A stretch of DNA of 64,000 bases from Candidatus Omnitrophota bacterium (lineage in GTDB: Bacteria > Omnitrophota > Gorgyraeia > 2-01-FULL-45-10). The stretch's first letter is position 1. Each line of letters begins with the position of its first letter. Shown one piece after another: positions 46,834-57,312 of the stretch. Below the pieces are notes generated by a model that was not told where the DNA came from, ran no database searches, and saw nothing but the letters and a program-made list of their open reading frames with translations. The translations under genes were made by a program, and so were the position numbers. The DNA lies in contig JAPLME010000011.1 in assembly GCA_026387175.1 (NCBI GenBank), positions 1,856-65,855 of the forward strand. The letters run 5' to 3'.

Positions 46834-46862
46834 TTGTGCGGGGAAAACGTATTTGATATAAT
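46834..46862 (+). promoter_or_regulatory. Sigma70-type promoter of the TolC/ABC exporter operon
   Basis: TTGTGC-17 bp-TATAAT with TGn extended -10. Confidence 0.6.
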
Positions 46863-46873
46863 CATATCCAATA

Positions 46874-48241
46874 ATGATTAAAAAGATATTAATCATCTCC
46901 ATATTGCTGTTTACGCCCGCGCTCCCTCGCCTCTATTGCGAAGAAGCCTCTAAAACCGTCGACATCAGAACTTTCACATTAAAAGATTCCATTCGCACCG
47001 CCATCATGAATAACCGCTCCATCCAGATACAGGAAGAGCAGGTTGATTATGCCAGGGCGGGCATCATGTACGCTAAAAGCGCCTTCCTGCCTCAGGTGGG
47101 AGCGGGCTATAGCTATACGCTTAATGACTCCGTCCCAACATTAGTACAGCCGTCGGCCAACTCCAGAAAAGATCCCGGCGTGTACTATGGCTTTAAGAAT
47201 AATAATCTCGTCACTCTTTCCGCGAAGGAATCCATATATAACGGCGGCGCCGACATAGCCAGTTTAAAACAATCCAAGCTGACTCTCAAGGTCCAGGAAG
47301 AGACGCTCCGCGCCGCTAAACTCGACGTCGAGTTTGAGACCAGGAGGCTCTTTTACGGGCTTCTCCTGGGTTACGATACGTTGCGCATAGCGCAGGAGCT
47401 TGTCGATCAGGCCGAGGCCCATTATGAACATACTAAAACGATGTTTGATCAGGGTACGGCCTCAAAATTCGATGTCCTGCAGTCCAAGGTGCAGGTATCG
47501 AAGCTGATGCCGCAGCTTATAAGCGCGCAGAACGCGATAGACCTGATAATGGCCGACTTCAAAAAACTTCTCGTGATAAAAATGTCAGAGCCCATAGCCA
47601 TTGACGGGAAACTTGATTACAAGCTTATCGAAATCACAGAAGACGCGTTTTTGAAGGAAGCTTATGGCCGTAACCCGCAGATAATATTGAAACTCCTCGG
47701 CATAGATATCAATAGGTGGGCGATCGAATACGCGAAGGCCGGCTGGCTTCCCCAGATCAGCGCGTCGGCCAATTACACCTTCCAATCCGATAGTGCCACT
47801 AATATGATCAACCCCAGGCATAGCCTGTGGAACATAGGCGCGCAGGCATCGATCGCTCTTTTCGACGGTTTCGCGACGAAAGCGAAAGTCGACCAGGCCA
47901 AGGCGCAGTATAACCAGGCGCGCCTGGCCAAAGAGGATGTCACCGACCAGGTTGCGGTCGATATAAAGCAGGCATGCCTTAACCTGAAAGAATCGAAGAC
48001 CGTTATCGACTCGCAAAAAGACAGCGTTATCGAGGCGACAGAGGCCCTGAGGCTCGCGAATGTGCGTTTCGACAACGGAGTGGGAATAAACCTGGATGTT
48101 CTGGATTCACAGACATCCCTGGCGCAGGTGGAGCAGAATCTGGCCCAGGGAATTTACGATTATCTTATGGCGAAGGCCCAGGTCAACAGGGTAATGGGCC
48201 GCTTATATTCCGGAGAGGAGAATTATGGCACTGGATATTAA
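46874..48241 (+). CDS. TolC family outer-membrane efflux protein
   Basis: Signal peptide, duplicated OEP halves (A.LPQ(V/I)...; FD.G....DVL), upstream of HlyD/ABC genes. Confidence 0.92.
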   Translation: MIKKILIISILLFTPALPRLYCEEASKTVDIRTFTLKDSIRTAIMNNRSIQIQEEQVDYARAGIMYAKSAFLPQVGAGYSYTLNDSVPTLVQPSANSRKDPGVYYGFKNNNLVTLSAKESIYNGGADIASLKQSKLTLKVQEETLRAAKLDVEFETRRLFYGLLLGYDTLRIAQELVDQAEAHYEHTKTMFDQGTASKFDVLQSKVQVSKLMPQLISAQNAIDLIMADFKKLLVIKMSEPIAIDGKLDYKLIEITEDAFLKEAYGRNPQIILKLLGIDINRWAIEYAKAGWLPQISASANYTFQSDSATNMINPRHSLWNIGAQASIALFDGFATKAKVDQAKAQYNQARLAKEDVTDQVAVDIKQACLNLKESKTVIDSQKDSVIEATEALRLANVRFDNGVGINLDVLDSQTSLAQVEQNLAQGIYDYLMAKAQVNRVMGRLYSGEENYGTGY

Positions 48242-49115
48242 AGAGAAGTTAAAGGACAAGAGTCCCGGCGCGGTAAAAAAGAGAAGGAAGAACCTGGCGC
48301 TGTCACTTTTGGCGATCACGGCCCTGGTGGCCGGCGGCATTTTTATTTACAAGGCCATTACCGGCATCGAGGGCCTGCGCACTATAAAGGTCTCCGGCAA
48401 TATCGAAGGCAATGAGGTCAAGATATCCTTCAGAGTCGCAGGCCTTATCCAGGAACTGCTGGCCGATGAAGGTAATGTGATCAAGGTGGGCGATTGCCTG
48501 GCGCGGCTCGACAAAACTCCTCTTATACAGCAACGCGACGAAGCGGCGGCCGCGGTGAAGCTGGCGGAGGCGCAATACGAATTTGACAGGTTTGAGTATG
48601 TGCGCGCGGAAAACCTTTACAAGGAAGGCGCCGTCTCGGCTCAGCAGCGGGACGCGGCAAAGACGAAGGCCGATACCGACAAGGCCAACGTTGATAAACT
48701 GAACGCGTCCCTGGCGCTTGCCGAACTCAACCTGACCTGGGGAGACCTGGCATCGCCGCTCAACGGCTATATAACGGTTAAGAGCGCGCTTGCCGGCGAG
48801 AATATCCAGATAGCCGGGCCCGTCTTTACGGCGATCGACCTGAATGACATCTGGGTGAGCGCATATGTGGATGAGAAGGACCTCGGAAGGATAAAATTAA
48901 ACCAGAAAGCACATGTGAAGATCGACGCATATCCGCATAAAAAATATAACGGCTGGATATCGTTCATATCGCAGCAGACGGAATTCACCCCAAAATATAT
49001 ACAGACCACAAAGGAGAGAGTGAAGTACGTCTACAGGATAAAGGTCAAGGTCGATAATTCAAGCCTCGACCTGAAGCCAGGGATGCCCGCGGACGCGTAT
49101 ATAGATGTCGAGTAA
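48225..49115 (+). CDS. HlyD-family periplasmic adaptor (YbhG-like)
   Basis: VSGNIEG, lipoyl half-motifs, EFTPKYIQT..ERV..VYRIKV, LKPGMPAD. Confidence 0.9.
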   Translation: MALDIKEKLKDKSPGAVKKRRKNLALSLLAITALVAGGIFIYKAITGIEGLRTIKVSGNIEGNEVKISFRVAGLIQELLADEGNVIKVGDCLARLDKTPLIQQRDEAAAAVKLAEAQYEFDRFEYVRAENLYKEGAVSAQQRDAAKTKADTDKANVDKLNASLALAELNLTWGDLASPLNGYITVKSALAGENIQIAGPVFTAIDLNDIWVSAYVDEKDLGRIKLNQKAHVKIDAYPHKKYNGWISFISQQTEFTPKYIQTTKERVKYVYRIKVKVDNSSLDLKPGMPADAYIDVE

Positions 49116-49137
49116 AAACTCTATCTAACAAGGTGAA

Positions 49138-49908
49138 ATGTCAGTAATAAAAGCCGTCAACCTCACGCGTAAGTTCAATGACATGACCGCGGTGAACGGG
49201 TTGAATCTCGATATTCCGGAAGGCGAGATATTCGGCCTCGTCGGCCCCGACGGCGCCGGCAAGACGACCACTATGCGGCTCCTCACAGGTATCCTCGATC
49301 CCACCTCGGGTGAGGGATGGGTCTACGGTAAACATATCCAGAAAGAGGCGGAAGAACTTAAAGATAACATCGCCTACATGTCCCAGCGGTTCGGCCTTTA
49401 CGAGGACCTGACCGTGCTCGAAAATATAAATTTCTACGCGGACCTTTTCGGCGTATCCGAAAGCGATCGGCCGAAGAAGACAGAAGAGTTGCTGGGTTTC
49501 AGCAATCTGACGCCGTTCAAAGAACGCCTCGCAGGTAAACTCTCCGGCGGTATGAAACAGAAGCTGGGCCTGGCCTGCGCCCTGATACACACCCCCAAAG
49601 TGCTCTTCCTGGACGAGCCGACCAACGGCGTCGATCCTGTGTCGCGCCGCGACTTCTGGCGCATACTCCATCAATTATTGAAAGAGAAGGTTACGATACT
49701 CTATTCGACGTCGTATCTCGATGAGGCGGAGAGATGTAAGAGGGTGGGGCTCCTGCATAAAGGGCAATTATTGAGATGCGATACGCCGGAAGCCATAAAG
49801 AAGGAGCTGGGAGTCTCTACGCTTGAGCAGGCTTTTATAGCCATAGTAAATGAATATGAGTCGCATACCCTTCATAGCTTTCCTGCAAAGAAAGAGGGTG
49901 CAGGATGA
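49138..49908 (+). CDS. ABC-2 exporter ATP-binding protein (YbhF N-half-like)
   Basis: GPDGAGKTT, LSGGMKQKL, LDEPTNGVDP. Confidence 0.92.
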   Translation: MSVIKAVNLTRKFNDMTAVNGLNLDIPEGEIFGLVGPDGAGKTTTMRLLTGILDPTSGEGWVYGKHIQKEAEELKDNIAYMSQRFGLYEDLTVLENINFYADLFGVSESDRPKKTEELLGFSNLTPFKERLAGKLSGGMKQKLGLACALIHTPKVLFLDEPTNGVDPVSRRDFWRILHQLLKEKVTILYSTSYLDEAERCKRVGLLHKGQLLRCDTPEAIKKELGVSTLEQAFIAIVNEYESHTLHSFPAKKEGAG

Positions 49909-50873
49909 GCCTTGTACCCGACACGAAATCCGATATTGCCGTAAGCGTCTCCAGCCTTGAGAAGACATTCGGGAATTTTACGGCGGTCAATAAGATCAGC
50001 TTCGAGATAAAACGCGGCGAGATCTTCGGTTTCCTGGGCCCTAACGGCGCGGGAAAGTCCACAACCATACGGATGCTCTGCGGAATACTCACTCCCACCT
50101 CAGGCTCTGGTACGGTCGGCGGTTTCGACATAATAAAAGAGCAGGAAGAGATAAAACAGAATATCGGCTACATGTCCCAGAAATTTTCCCTATACGATGA
50201 CCTTACCGTAGAAGAGAATATCGACTTTTACGGCGGCATATACACGATCCCCAGGGCGACGCGGCAAGCGCGGGAAGAGAGCATAATCAAGATGGCGGGG
50301 ATAGAGGAGTTCAGGACCTCGCTCACCAGGACCCTCTCCGGCGGATGGAAACAGCGCCTGGCCCTCGGCTGCGCGATAATACACGAGCCGAAGATAATAT
50401 TCCTCGATGAGCCGACGTCCGGTGTTGATCCCATAACGAGGGCAAATTTCTGGGGCATAATAAAAGATATGGCGAAGCGCGGGGTCACCGTATTCGTAAC
50501 TACGCATTATATGGATGAAGCGGAGAATTGCGACAGGATGACGTTGATCTATAAAGGCAATATGATCGCGATGGGAACACCGCAGGAGATGAAGACCAAG
50601 GTCATGAAGGACGAAGTACTCGAGGTGATCGTGCCGGTCGCGGAGGATTGGGTCGATAAGGTCCAAACAGCGAAAGGCGTCAAGGAGTCGGCGCTCTTTA
50701 GCACGAAGATACACGCGGTGGTCGAAGATTCACTCACTGCTATCCCGGCCATAAAAGAGATCTTCGCCGAAGGCGGTCTGGCGGATTACGATATCCGGAA
50801 GATCACGCCCTCGCTGGAAGATGTCTTTGTCTCATCCATCGAAGCGTACGATAAGGAGCATCCCTCCAAGTGA
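49905..50873 (+). CDS. ABC-2 exporter ATP-binding protein (YbhF C-half-like)
   Basis: GPNGAGKST, LSGGWKQRL, LDEPTSGVDP, TTHYMDEAE, PSLEDVF. Confidence 0.92.
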   Translation: MSLVPDTKSDIAVSVSSLEKTFGNFTAVNKISFEIKRGEIFGFLGPNGAGKSTTIRMLCGILTPTSGSGTVGGFDIIKEQEEIKQNIGYMSQKFSLYDDLTVEENIDFYGGIYTIPRATRQAREESIIKMAGIEEFRTSLTRTLSGGWKQRLALGCAIIHEPKIIFLDEPTSGVDPITRANFWGIIKDMAKRGVTVFVTTHYMDEAENCDRMTLIYKGNMIAMGTPQEMKTKVMKDEVLEVIVPVAEDWVDKVQTAKGVKESALFSTKIHAVVEDSLTAIPAIKEIFAEGGLADYDIRKITPSLEDVFVSSIEAYDKEHPSK

Positions 50874-52000
50874 ATTTAAGAAGAGTGAAGGCCATCGCCG
50901 GTAAAGAGTTCATCCAGATATGGCGCGATCCCCGGAGCCTGGGCCTCGGGATAGCCATTCCGGTCATATTGATAGTGCTCTTCGGGTACGCGCTCTCCCT
51001 CGATATCGACCATGTACCAATGGTCGTATGGGACCAGGATAAATCCAAAGAATCCGTAGACTTCCTGCTGAACTTCAAAAATTCGATATATTTCAGCATC
51101 AATGCCTACTATGATAATTACCGTGATTTAGAGCGGGACATAAATTACGGCCGCGCGATGATAGGGATGGTGATATGCAAAGATTTTTCACATTACCTTA
51201 ATTCCGGCCAAAAGGCCCCTGTCCAGCTGATCCTGGACGGCAGCGATTCGAATACGGCCCAGATAGCGCTCGGCTACGTGACCGCGATCACTTCCGCGTA
51301 TAATGTTAATGTCATCACAAATGCACTGGCAAAGGCCGGAGCGCCCTCCGTTAGCACGCTCGACTTCCGGCCGCGAATATGGTTCAACCAGGATTTCGAA
51401 TCCAAGAACTTCATCGTCCCCGGGCTCATTGCCATAATCATGATGATCATAGCGGCGCTGCTTACGTCACTGACGGTCGCCCGGGAATGGGAACGCGGCA
51501 CGATGGAACAGCTGATATCTACGCCCGTAAGGCCCGCTGAACTTATTGTCGGCAAATTCATTCCCTATTTCGCGATAGGCCTTTTAGATCTGGGGATAGC
51601 TGTTTTTATGGGCAAGTTCGTTTTTGACGTTCCGCTGCGGGGCAATGTTTTTCTCCTCTTTATATTGAGCTCGGTGTTTTTAACGGGAGCGCTTGCGCTC
51701 GGTATCTATATATCCACCGTGGCCAAAAATCAGCTCATGGCGAGCCAGATGGCGCTACTCGTATCATTCCTGCCGACGTTTCTTCTCTCGGGTTTCACGT
51801 ACGAGATATTCAATATGCCTAAGATAGTCCAGGCGTTCACCTATTTTATTCCCGCGAGATATTTTATCACTATATTGCGCGGCATATACCTGAAGGGCGT
51901 CGGGATAGCCGACCTATGGTTCGAGACCTTGTGTCTATTGCTCTTTACTTATCTGGCCACCGGTGCGGCCATAAAGAAATTTAAAAAGAAGATAGTGTAA
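50870..52000 (+). CDS. ABC-2 permease (YbhS-like)
   Basis: KEFIQIWRDPR, AREWERGTMEQL, LLSGF; GTG start overlapping the upstream stop. Confidence 0.9.
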   Translation: MNLRRVKAIAGKEFIQIWRDPRSLGLGIAIPVILIVLFGYALSLDIDHVPMVVWDQDKSKESVDFLLNFKNSIYFSINAYYDNYRDLERDINYGRAMIGMVICKDFSHYLNSGQKAPVQLILDGSDSNTAQIALGYVTAITSAYNVNVITNALAKAGAPSVSTLDFRPRIWFNQDFESKNFIVPGLIAIIMMIIAALLTSLTVAREWERGTMEQLISTPVRPAELIVGKFIPYFAIGLLDLGIAVFMGKFVFDVPLRGNVFLLFILSSVFLTGALALGIYISTVAKNQLMASQMALLVSFLPTFLLSGFTYEIFNMPKIVQAFTYFIPARYFITILRGIYLKGVGIADLWFETLCLLLFTYLATGAAIKKFKKKIV

Positions 52001-52008
52001 ATACCCAT

Positions 52009-53139
52009 ATGCTTGACAGAGTCCTGGCGATATTAAAAAAAGAGTTTCTGCAGATCTTCCGCGACCCGAGGATGCGGATGGTGATATTTGTTTCGCCGCT
52101 CATCCAGGTGCTCGTTTTCGGATACGCGGCTACGATGGATATCACGCACGTGCCCATAGCCGTCTATGATATCGATAATACGAAAGAATCCCGGGCGCTC
52201 ATCCACGATTTCTCCTACTCCCAATATTTCGACATAAAGCATTACGTCAGGGAAGAATCACAGGTTAACGCGCTCATCGATAAATCGAGGGTATTGGCCG
52301 TCCTGAAGTTCAACGCGGGATTTTCACGCGACCTTGTCGGCAATAATCCCGCGGAAGTGCAATTGGTGGTCGACGGAACGGATTCAAACGCCGCCTCCAT
52401 AATACTGGGCTACGCCAATTCGATCATTACGAATTACAACCTCAGGGTCCTGTATGAACGGTCCCAGGTATATCTGGGCGGCGAACATAACCTTCCATAC
52501 GTGGATTTGCGCGACAGGCGATGGTTCAATGAGAATCTGGAGTCGCGGAATTATTATCTGCCGGGCGTGATAGTACTGATCGTGACCATAATGTCGCTTC
52601 TCCTGTCGGCAATGGCGATCGTTAGGGAGAAGGAGATAGGCACGATGGAACAGCTCATAGTGAGCCCGATCAGGCCCGTCGAGCTTATCGTCGGAAAGAT
52701 ACTGCCGTTCGGCGTGATAGCGCTCGTCCAGGTGACGCTTATAACGCTCGTCGGCGTCCTGTGGTTTCATGTGCCGCTGCGCGGCAGTATACCACTCCTC
52801 TTCATATGCACCATCCTGTATCTTTTAACGACGCTGGGGGCGGGGCTATTCCTTTCCACCATGTGCGCGACCCAGCAGGAAGCGATGATGTCGGTCTTCC
52901 TTTTCAATTTTCCCGCCACTCTGCTCTCCGGGTTTGCCTATCCGATCGCCAATATGCCGCAGATAATACAGTATCTAACATATCTCAATCCGCAGAGATA
53001 TTACCTTACTATAGTAAGGTATATATTTTTAAAAGGCGTAGGTATAGAAGTGCTATGGGACGAGATGCTGGCGCTCCTTGTTATAGGAGTTATCGTTATA
53101 ACCATGAGTTCACTGCGCTTCCAGAAAAGGCTCGGATAA
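52009..53139 (+). CDS. ABC-2 permease (YbhR-like)
   Basis: KEFLQIFRDPR, VREKEIGTMEQL, LLSGF.YPI.NMP. Confidence 0.9.
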   Translation: MLDRVLAILKKEFLQIFRDPRMRMVIFVSPLIQVLVFGYAATMDITHVPIAVYDIDNTKESRALIHDFSYSQYFDIKHYVREESQVNALIDKSRVLAVLKFNAGFSRDLVGNNPAEVQLVVDGTDSNAASIILGYANSIITNYNLRVLYERSQVYLGGEHNLPYVDLRDRRWFNENLESRNYYLPGVIVLIVTIMSLLLSAMAIVREKEIGTMEQLIVSPIRPVELIVGKILPFGVIALVQVTLITLVGVLWFHVPLRGSIPLLFICTILYLLTTLGAGLFLSTMCATQQEAMMSVFLFNFPATLLSGFAYPIANMPQIIQYLTYLNPQRYYLTIVRYIFLKGVGIEVLWDEMLALLVIGVIVITMSSLRFQKRLG

Positions 53140-53172
53140 GCTGTTTTAATACTATTAACCCGGAGGATTTCG

Positions 53173-54750
53173 ATGAAAAAAGCGATCTTTATAATGGCGC
53201 TGACGGCAGCGGTCTTTCTGTGCGCAGGCGCGCGGGTTTTCGCGCAAAGCACCGACGATGACGTTGCGGCTCTCAAGAGAGAGCTTGCGGTCATGAAGGA
53301 GCGCATCTCCGCGCTTGAGGCCAGGGTGGCCGAGCACAGGGAAGTGCCTACAAGTGTTGTGGAGGCCGCTTGCCCTGCGATAGCCTCCGCGGTCAAGGAG
53401 CAGGTCAAGGAAGAGACAGCGCCCGAAGTGAAACAGATGTCCAAAGAAGCCACATTGGATGTCCTGAAGAAGGCCAGCGTAGAATCGGCTCTCGATTCGC
53501 AGGAAGTCCTCATCAAACAACCCGATTACCTGCCTAACTATATCACCAAGGGCCTCGAGTTCCACGGATACTTCCGGTCCGGCTACGGCGTAAATTCTAA
53601 GGGAGGGCATATGCAGGCCTTCCAGGCGCCTACTTCGCCCACGACGGTCGCGCCCGCGAAGTACAGGCTTGGTAACGAGCAGGAGACCTACATCGAAACT
53701 GTATTCCTGAACAGGAACTGGAACCCCGATCCCGAAGGCGTCACGATCGAGACGCAGATACGTGTCGCCTATCAGACACAGCAGAACCAGACCTGGGATA
53801 TAAATAATGAAGTTGTTCTGCGCGAGATGTACGCGCGGATGGGACATTTTCTGGATTGGGATCCCGGCGTAAAGGTCTGGGCGGGCCAGCGTTTCTGCCG
53901 GTTGCCCGAACTCGATATAATCGATTTCTGGTGGTATGACATGTCCGGCTACGGCGGAGGGCTCGAGGATATAGACTGTAATATAGGCAAGCTAGACGTT
54001 ACATTTATAGGTTATGCCTCCAATGATATCAATCTGTCGACCCACCAGGGAAGGCTTTCCAAGAGCAATATAAATTTTAAACTGGGCGACGTCGAGGTGC
54101 CGTACGGCAAAGGCATGTTCTGGGTAAACGGCGGCTATCTGAAGGGCGGTATAGATACCGCTAATACCAATTTGAAATATCCGAGTATGGGCGGAGTGGA
54201 TGTGGGTTTCATGCACTATATGCCGGGAGAGTTGAATAATAACCAGTTTGGCGCGCAGTTCGGATGCGGTTCGAACACCTCTCTTTCGGCGGGCGCTAAT
54301 ATACCATCCGGCTTTGATGACAGGAAGTCATGGAGGATACGCCTTACCGATATGTTTAACCGCCAGTTCACGCCTAAACTGAGCGCGCAGGTCGTGGGAG
54401 TTTATCAGTACACGGATTACGGCACTACGAGTAAGACAGGAGAGACCTGGGTGAGCTTTGGTATGAGGCCCATCTATATGCTGACCAAGCATTTTGGGAT
54501 TGAAGTTGAGCCGGGCATGGATTATATTAATAGTCCACAGCAGGATTACGATACGGCTCTCTTTAAATTTACGGCCGGCATACGTATTTCGCCGGGCACC
54601 ATATTCAACAGCCGTCCGGAGTTCAGGCTCTTCGCCACTTATGCCAAGTGGGGCGACGCTTTCAAGGGTAATCCCGCGCTCGGAGGAGACGCGTTCCTTA
54701 CGCAGACCGAAGGCATGAATTACGGTATCCAGTGCGAAAACTGGTGGTAA
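53173..54750 (+). CDS. LamB/ScrY-family carbohydrate porin with N-terminal coiled coil
   Basis: EFHGYFRSG, YRLGNEQETY, WAGQRF, SRPEFRLFATYAKW, terminal QCENWW. Confidence 0.88.
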   Translation: MKKAIFIMALTAAVFLCAGARVFAQSTDDDVAALKRELAVMKERISALEARVAEHREVPTSVVEAACPAIASAVKEQVKEETAPEVKQMSKEATLDVLKKASVESALDSQEVLIKQPDYLPNYITKGLEFHGYFRSGYGVNSKGGHMQAFQAPTSPTTVAPAKYRLGNEQETYIETVFLNRNWNPDPEGVTIETQIRVAYQTQQNQTWDINNEVVLREMYARMGHFLDWDPGVKVWAGQRFCRLPELDIIDFWWYDMSGYGGGLEDIDCNIGKLDVTFIGYASNDINLSTHQGRLSKSNINFKLGDVEVPYGKGMFWVNGGYLKGGIDTANTNLKYPSMGGVDVGFMHYMPGELNNNQFGAQFGCGSNTSLSAGANIPSGFDDRKSWRIRLTDMFNRQFTPKLSAQVVGVYQYTDYGTTSKTGETWVSFGMRPIYMLTKHFGIEVEPGMDYINSPQQDYDTALFKFTAGIRISPGTIFNSRPEFRLFATYAKWGDAFKGNPALGGDAFLTQTEGMNYGIQCENWW

Positions 54751-54774
54751 ATTAAATATTATAAAGGGGGGACC

Positions 54775-55791
54775 ATGAAAAAATGCATCAGCGGTCTGGT
54801 CACGGTACTGGTGGCGTTATCATTCGTGTTTCCAGCGTATTGCGCGCAAGAAGCGCCCAAAAAGATAAAGATCGGAGTCTCTCTCCCGACGCAGCGTGAT
54901 GAACGCTGGGTCAGGGACGCGCAGAAGATGAAAGATGTCGCTAAAGCCGAAGGTATAGACCTGCGCATGCAGGTCTGCGACAACGATGCGTCAAAACAGA
55001 TGTCGCAGTGCGAGAACCTGATAGCCGCGGGGATAGACATACTGATACTTGCTCCGCATGACGCCACGTCGGCCGCCGCCATTGTCGATAACGCGAAGGC
55101 CGCGGGCTTAAAAGTCATATCCTATGACCGTCTTGTTCTTGACGCAGATGTCGATCTATATGTATCGTTCGATAATTTCGAGGTCGGCCGGCTGATGGGC
55201 GAATATCTTACAAAGCTCGTGCCGAAAGGCAATTATGCGGTATTCGCCGGAGCGCCGACGGACAATAATGCCAAGCTTTACAGGGATGGCGCGTTGTCGG
55301 CGATAAAGCCGTTTGTCGATAAAGGAGACGTTAAAATAGTCATGGACCAGTGGATAACCGATTGGCAGCCCACGATCGCGATGAACCTGATGCAAAACGC
55401 CTTGACCGCCAACAATAATAAGATAGACGCGATCGTCGCTCCTAACGATAACACGGCCGGAGGCATAATACAGGCGCTCGAGCAGGTCGGGTTAGCGGGC
55501 AAGGTGCCGGTTACGGGCCAGGACGCCGAGGATACGGCCGCCGAGAGGATCCTTAAAGGCACCCAGACAATGACGGTATTCAAGAATACGAAAGAGCAGG
55601 CTGCCGAAGCGATACACGCGGCAGTAAAAATGGTAAAGGGCGAGGATCCCAGCGCGACTTCGACGGTCAATAACCGGAAGAAAGACGTGCCCTCGATATT
55701 GCTTAAGCCCGTAGTAGTGGACAAGTCGAATATCGACGATGTCCTGATAAAAAGCGGTTTTATAAAAATTAAAGACACCGGCAAGAAGTAG
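54775..55791 (+). CDS. xylF: Sugar ABC substrate-binding protein, XylF-like
   Basis: ERWVRD, VISYDRL, YVSFDN, GAPTDNNA, APNDNTAGG, VTGQDA, MTVFK. Confidence 0.8.
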   Translation: MKKCISGLVTVLVALSFVFPAYCAQEAPKKIKIGVSLPTQRDERWVRDAQKMKDVAKAEGIDLRMQVCDNDASKQMSQCENLIAAGIDILILAPHDATSAAAIVDNAKAAGLKVISYDRLVLDADVDLYVSFDNFEVGRLMGEYLTKLVPKGNYAVFAGAPTDNNAKLYRDGALSAIKPFVDKGDVKIVMDQWITDWQPTIAMNLMQNALTANNNKIDAIVAPNDNTAGGIIQALEQVGLAGKVPVTGQDAEDTAAERILKGTQTMTVFKNTKEQAAEAIHAAVKMVKGEDPSATSTVNNRKKDVPSILLKPVVVDKSNIDDVLIKSGFIKIKDTGKK

Positions 55792-55800
55792 GCAGAGCTT

Positions 55801-57312
55801 ATGAGCGAATATATTTTACGGATGATAGGTATCACCAAGGATTTCCCCGGCGTAAAGGCCCTGGATAACGTCACATTCAGCGTCAAGCCCGGCGAGATAC
55901 ACGCGCTCGTAGGAGAGAACGGCGCGGGCAAGTCCACGCTGATGAAGATCCTGAGCGGCGTTTATCCGGGCGGCACCTACAGCGGCAAGATAGAGATAGA
56001 TGACACGGAGAAGCGCTTTAAGAGCACCAAGGAGAGCGAGCACTCAGGCATCGCGATCATTTATCAGGAGCTGGCCCTGGTAAAGCAGCTTTCGATAGTG
56101 GAGAATATCTGCCTCGGCGGCGAGATCGCCAGGAACGGCGTTATCGACTGGGACGCGTCCTATAAGCTGGCGGAGGAGGTCCTGAAGAAGGTGGGGCTCA
56201 ACGTAAATCCTGAATTTCCGATATCATATCTCGGCGTGGGCGAGCAGCAGCTTGTCGCCATCGCGAAAGCGCTCTCTAAGTCCGCGCGGATACTGGTACT
56301 GGACGAGCCCACGGCGGCCCTCTCGGAAGGAGAGAGCGCGAAACTCCTGAAGATACTGAAAGAACTGCGCTCGATCGGAGTCACCTGCATATATATCTCG
56401 CACCGCCTGAAAGAAGTTTTAGATATAGCGGACAGGATCACGATATTGAGGGACGGCCGCACCGTGGCCACTCATGACAGGAAGGATCTCGACGAGAATA
56501 AGCTGATAGCCCTGATGGTGGGCCGCGAAGTCAGCAATATATATCCGAAGAAATCCCGTGTTCCGGGAGATGTCGTTCTCGAAGTGAAGGACTGGACCGT
56601 TTACGATCCCGACATCAATAAGACGATAGCCGACGTCAGTTTCAGCCTGCGGCGCGGCGAGGTCCTCGGCATGGCGGGCCTGATAGGCGCCGGACGCACA
56701 GAGCTCGTCATGAGCTTCTTCCGCTTCTGGGGAAGGAAGGTCAAGGGGCAGATATTCCTGGAAGGCAAAGAGTTGGAGCTGAAAGACGCCGGTTCGACCA
56801 TCGCCTCCGGAATAAGCCTTGCCTCGGAGGATAGGAAGCGCTACGGCCTGGTTCTCGATGAGGATATACGCAAGAATATATCCCTTGCCTCGCTCGACAG
56901 GATATCCAGATATACCGTCGTGAACGTCATAGATGAGATCCGGAGCGCCGAGCGCTATACGGCTGAGCTTAAGATCAAGACACCGTCGATAGAGCAGAAG
57001 GCCGGGAACTTGAGCGGCGGAAACCAGCAGAAGGTGGTGCTGGGCAAGTGGCTTATGACGATGCCCAAAGTGCTGATACTTGATGAGCCGACGCGCGGCA
57101 TCGACGTCGGAGCGAAAGTCGAAATATATAATATCATAAACGAGCTTGTCGATAAGGGAGTCGCGGTGATAGTTATATCGTCGGACCTTCCCGAAGTGCT
57201 CGGGATCTGCGACCGCATACTCGTTATGCATGAGGGCCGTTTCACCGGGGACCTGCCGGCGAAAGAGGCGACGCAGGAAAAGATAATGCACTACGCTACC
57301 GGAGGAGAATGA
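55801..57312 (+). CDS. xylG: Sugar ABC ATP-binding protein, XylG-like (two NBDs)
   Basis: GENGAGKSTLMKILSGVYP, EDRKRYGL, LSGGNQQKV, DEPTRGIDVGAK. Confidence 0.82.
   Translation: MSEYILRMIGITKDFPGVKALDNVTFSVKPGEIHALVGENGAGKSTLMKILSGVYPGGTYSGKIEIDDTEKRFKSTKESEHSGIAIIYQELALVKQLSIVENICLGGEIARNGVIDWDASYKLAEEVLKKVGLNVNPEFPISYLGVGEQQLVAIAKALSKSARILVLDEPTAALSEGESAKLLKILKELRSIGVTCIYISHRLKEVLDIADRITILRDGRTVATHDRKDLDENKLIALMVGREVSNIYPKKSRVPGDVVLEVKDWTVYDPDINKTIADVSFSLRRGEVLGMAGLIGAGRTELVMSFFRFWGRKVKGQIFLEGKELELKDAGSTIASGISLASEDRKRYGLVLDEDIRKNISLASLDRISRYTVVNVIDEIRSAERYTAELKIKTPSIEQKAGNLSGGNQQKVVLGKWLMTMPKVLILDEPTRGIDVGAKVEIYNIINELVDKGVAVIVISSDLPEVLGICDRILVMHEGRFTGDLPAKEATQEKIMHYATGGE

Noticed and set aside
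46357-46902. Short minus-strand ORFs in the structured intergenic region
   Set aside because: They have no protein-like features, and the region is better explained by base pairing.
49138-50873. Two adjacent ABC ATPase genes as a frameshifted ybhF
   Set aside because: Both have their own start context (ATGA overlap, GAGG RBS) and complete motifs; split forms of this exporter are ordinary.
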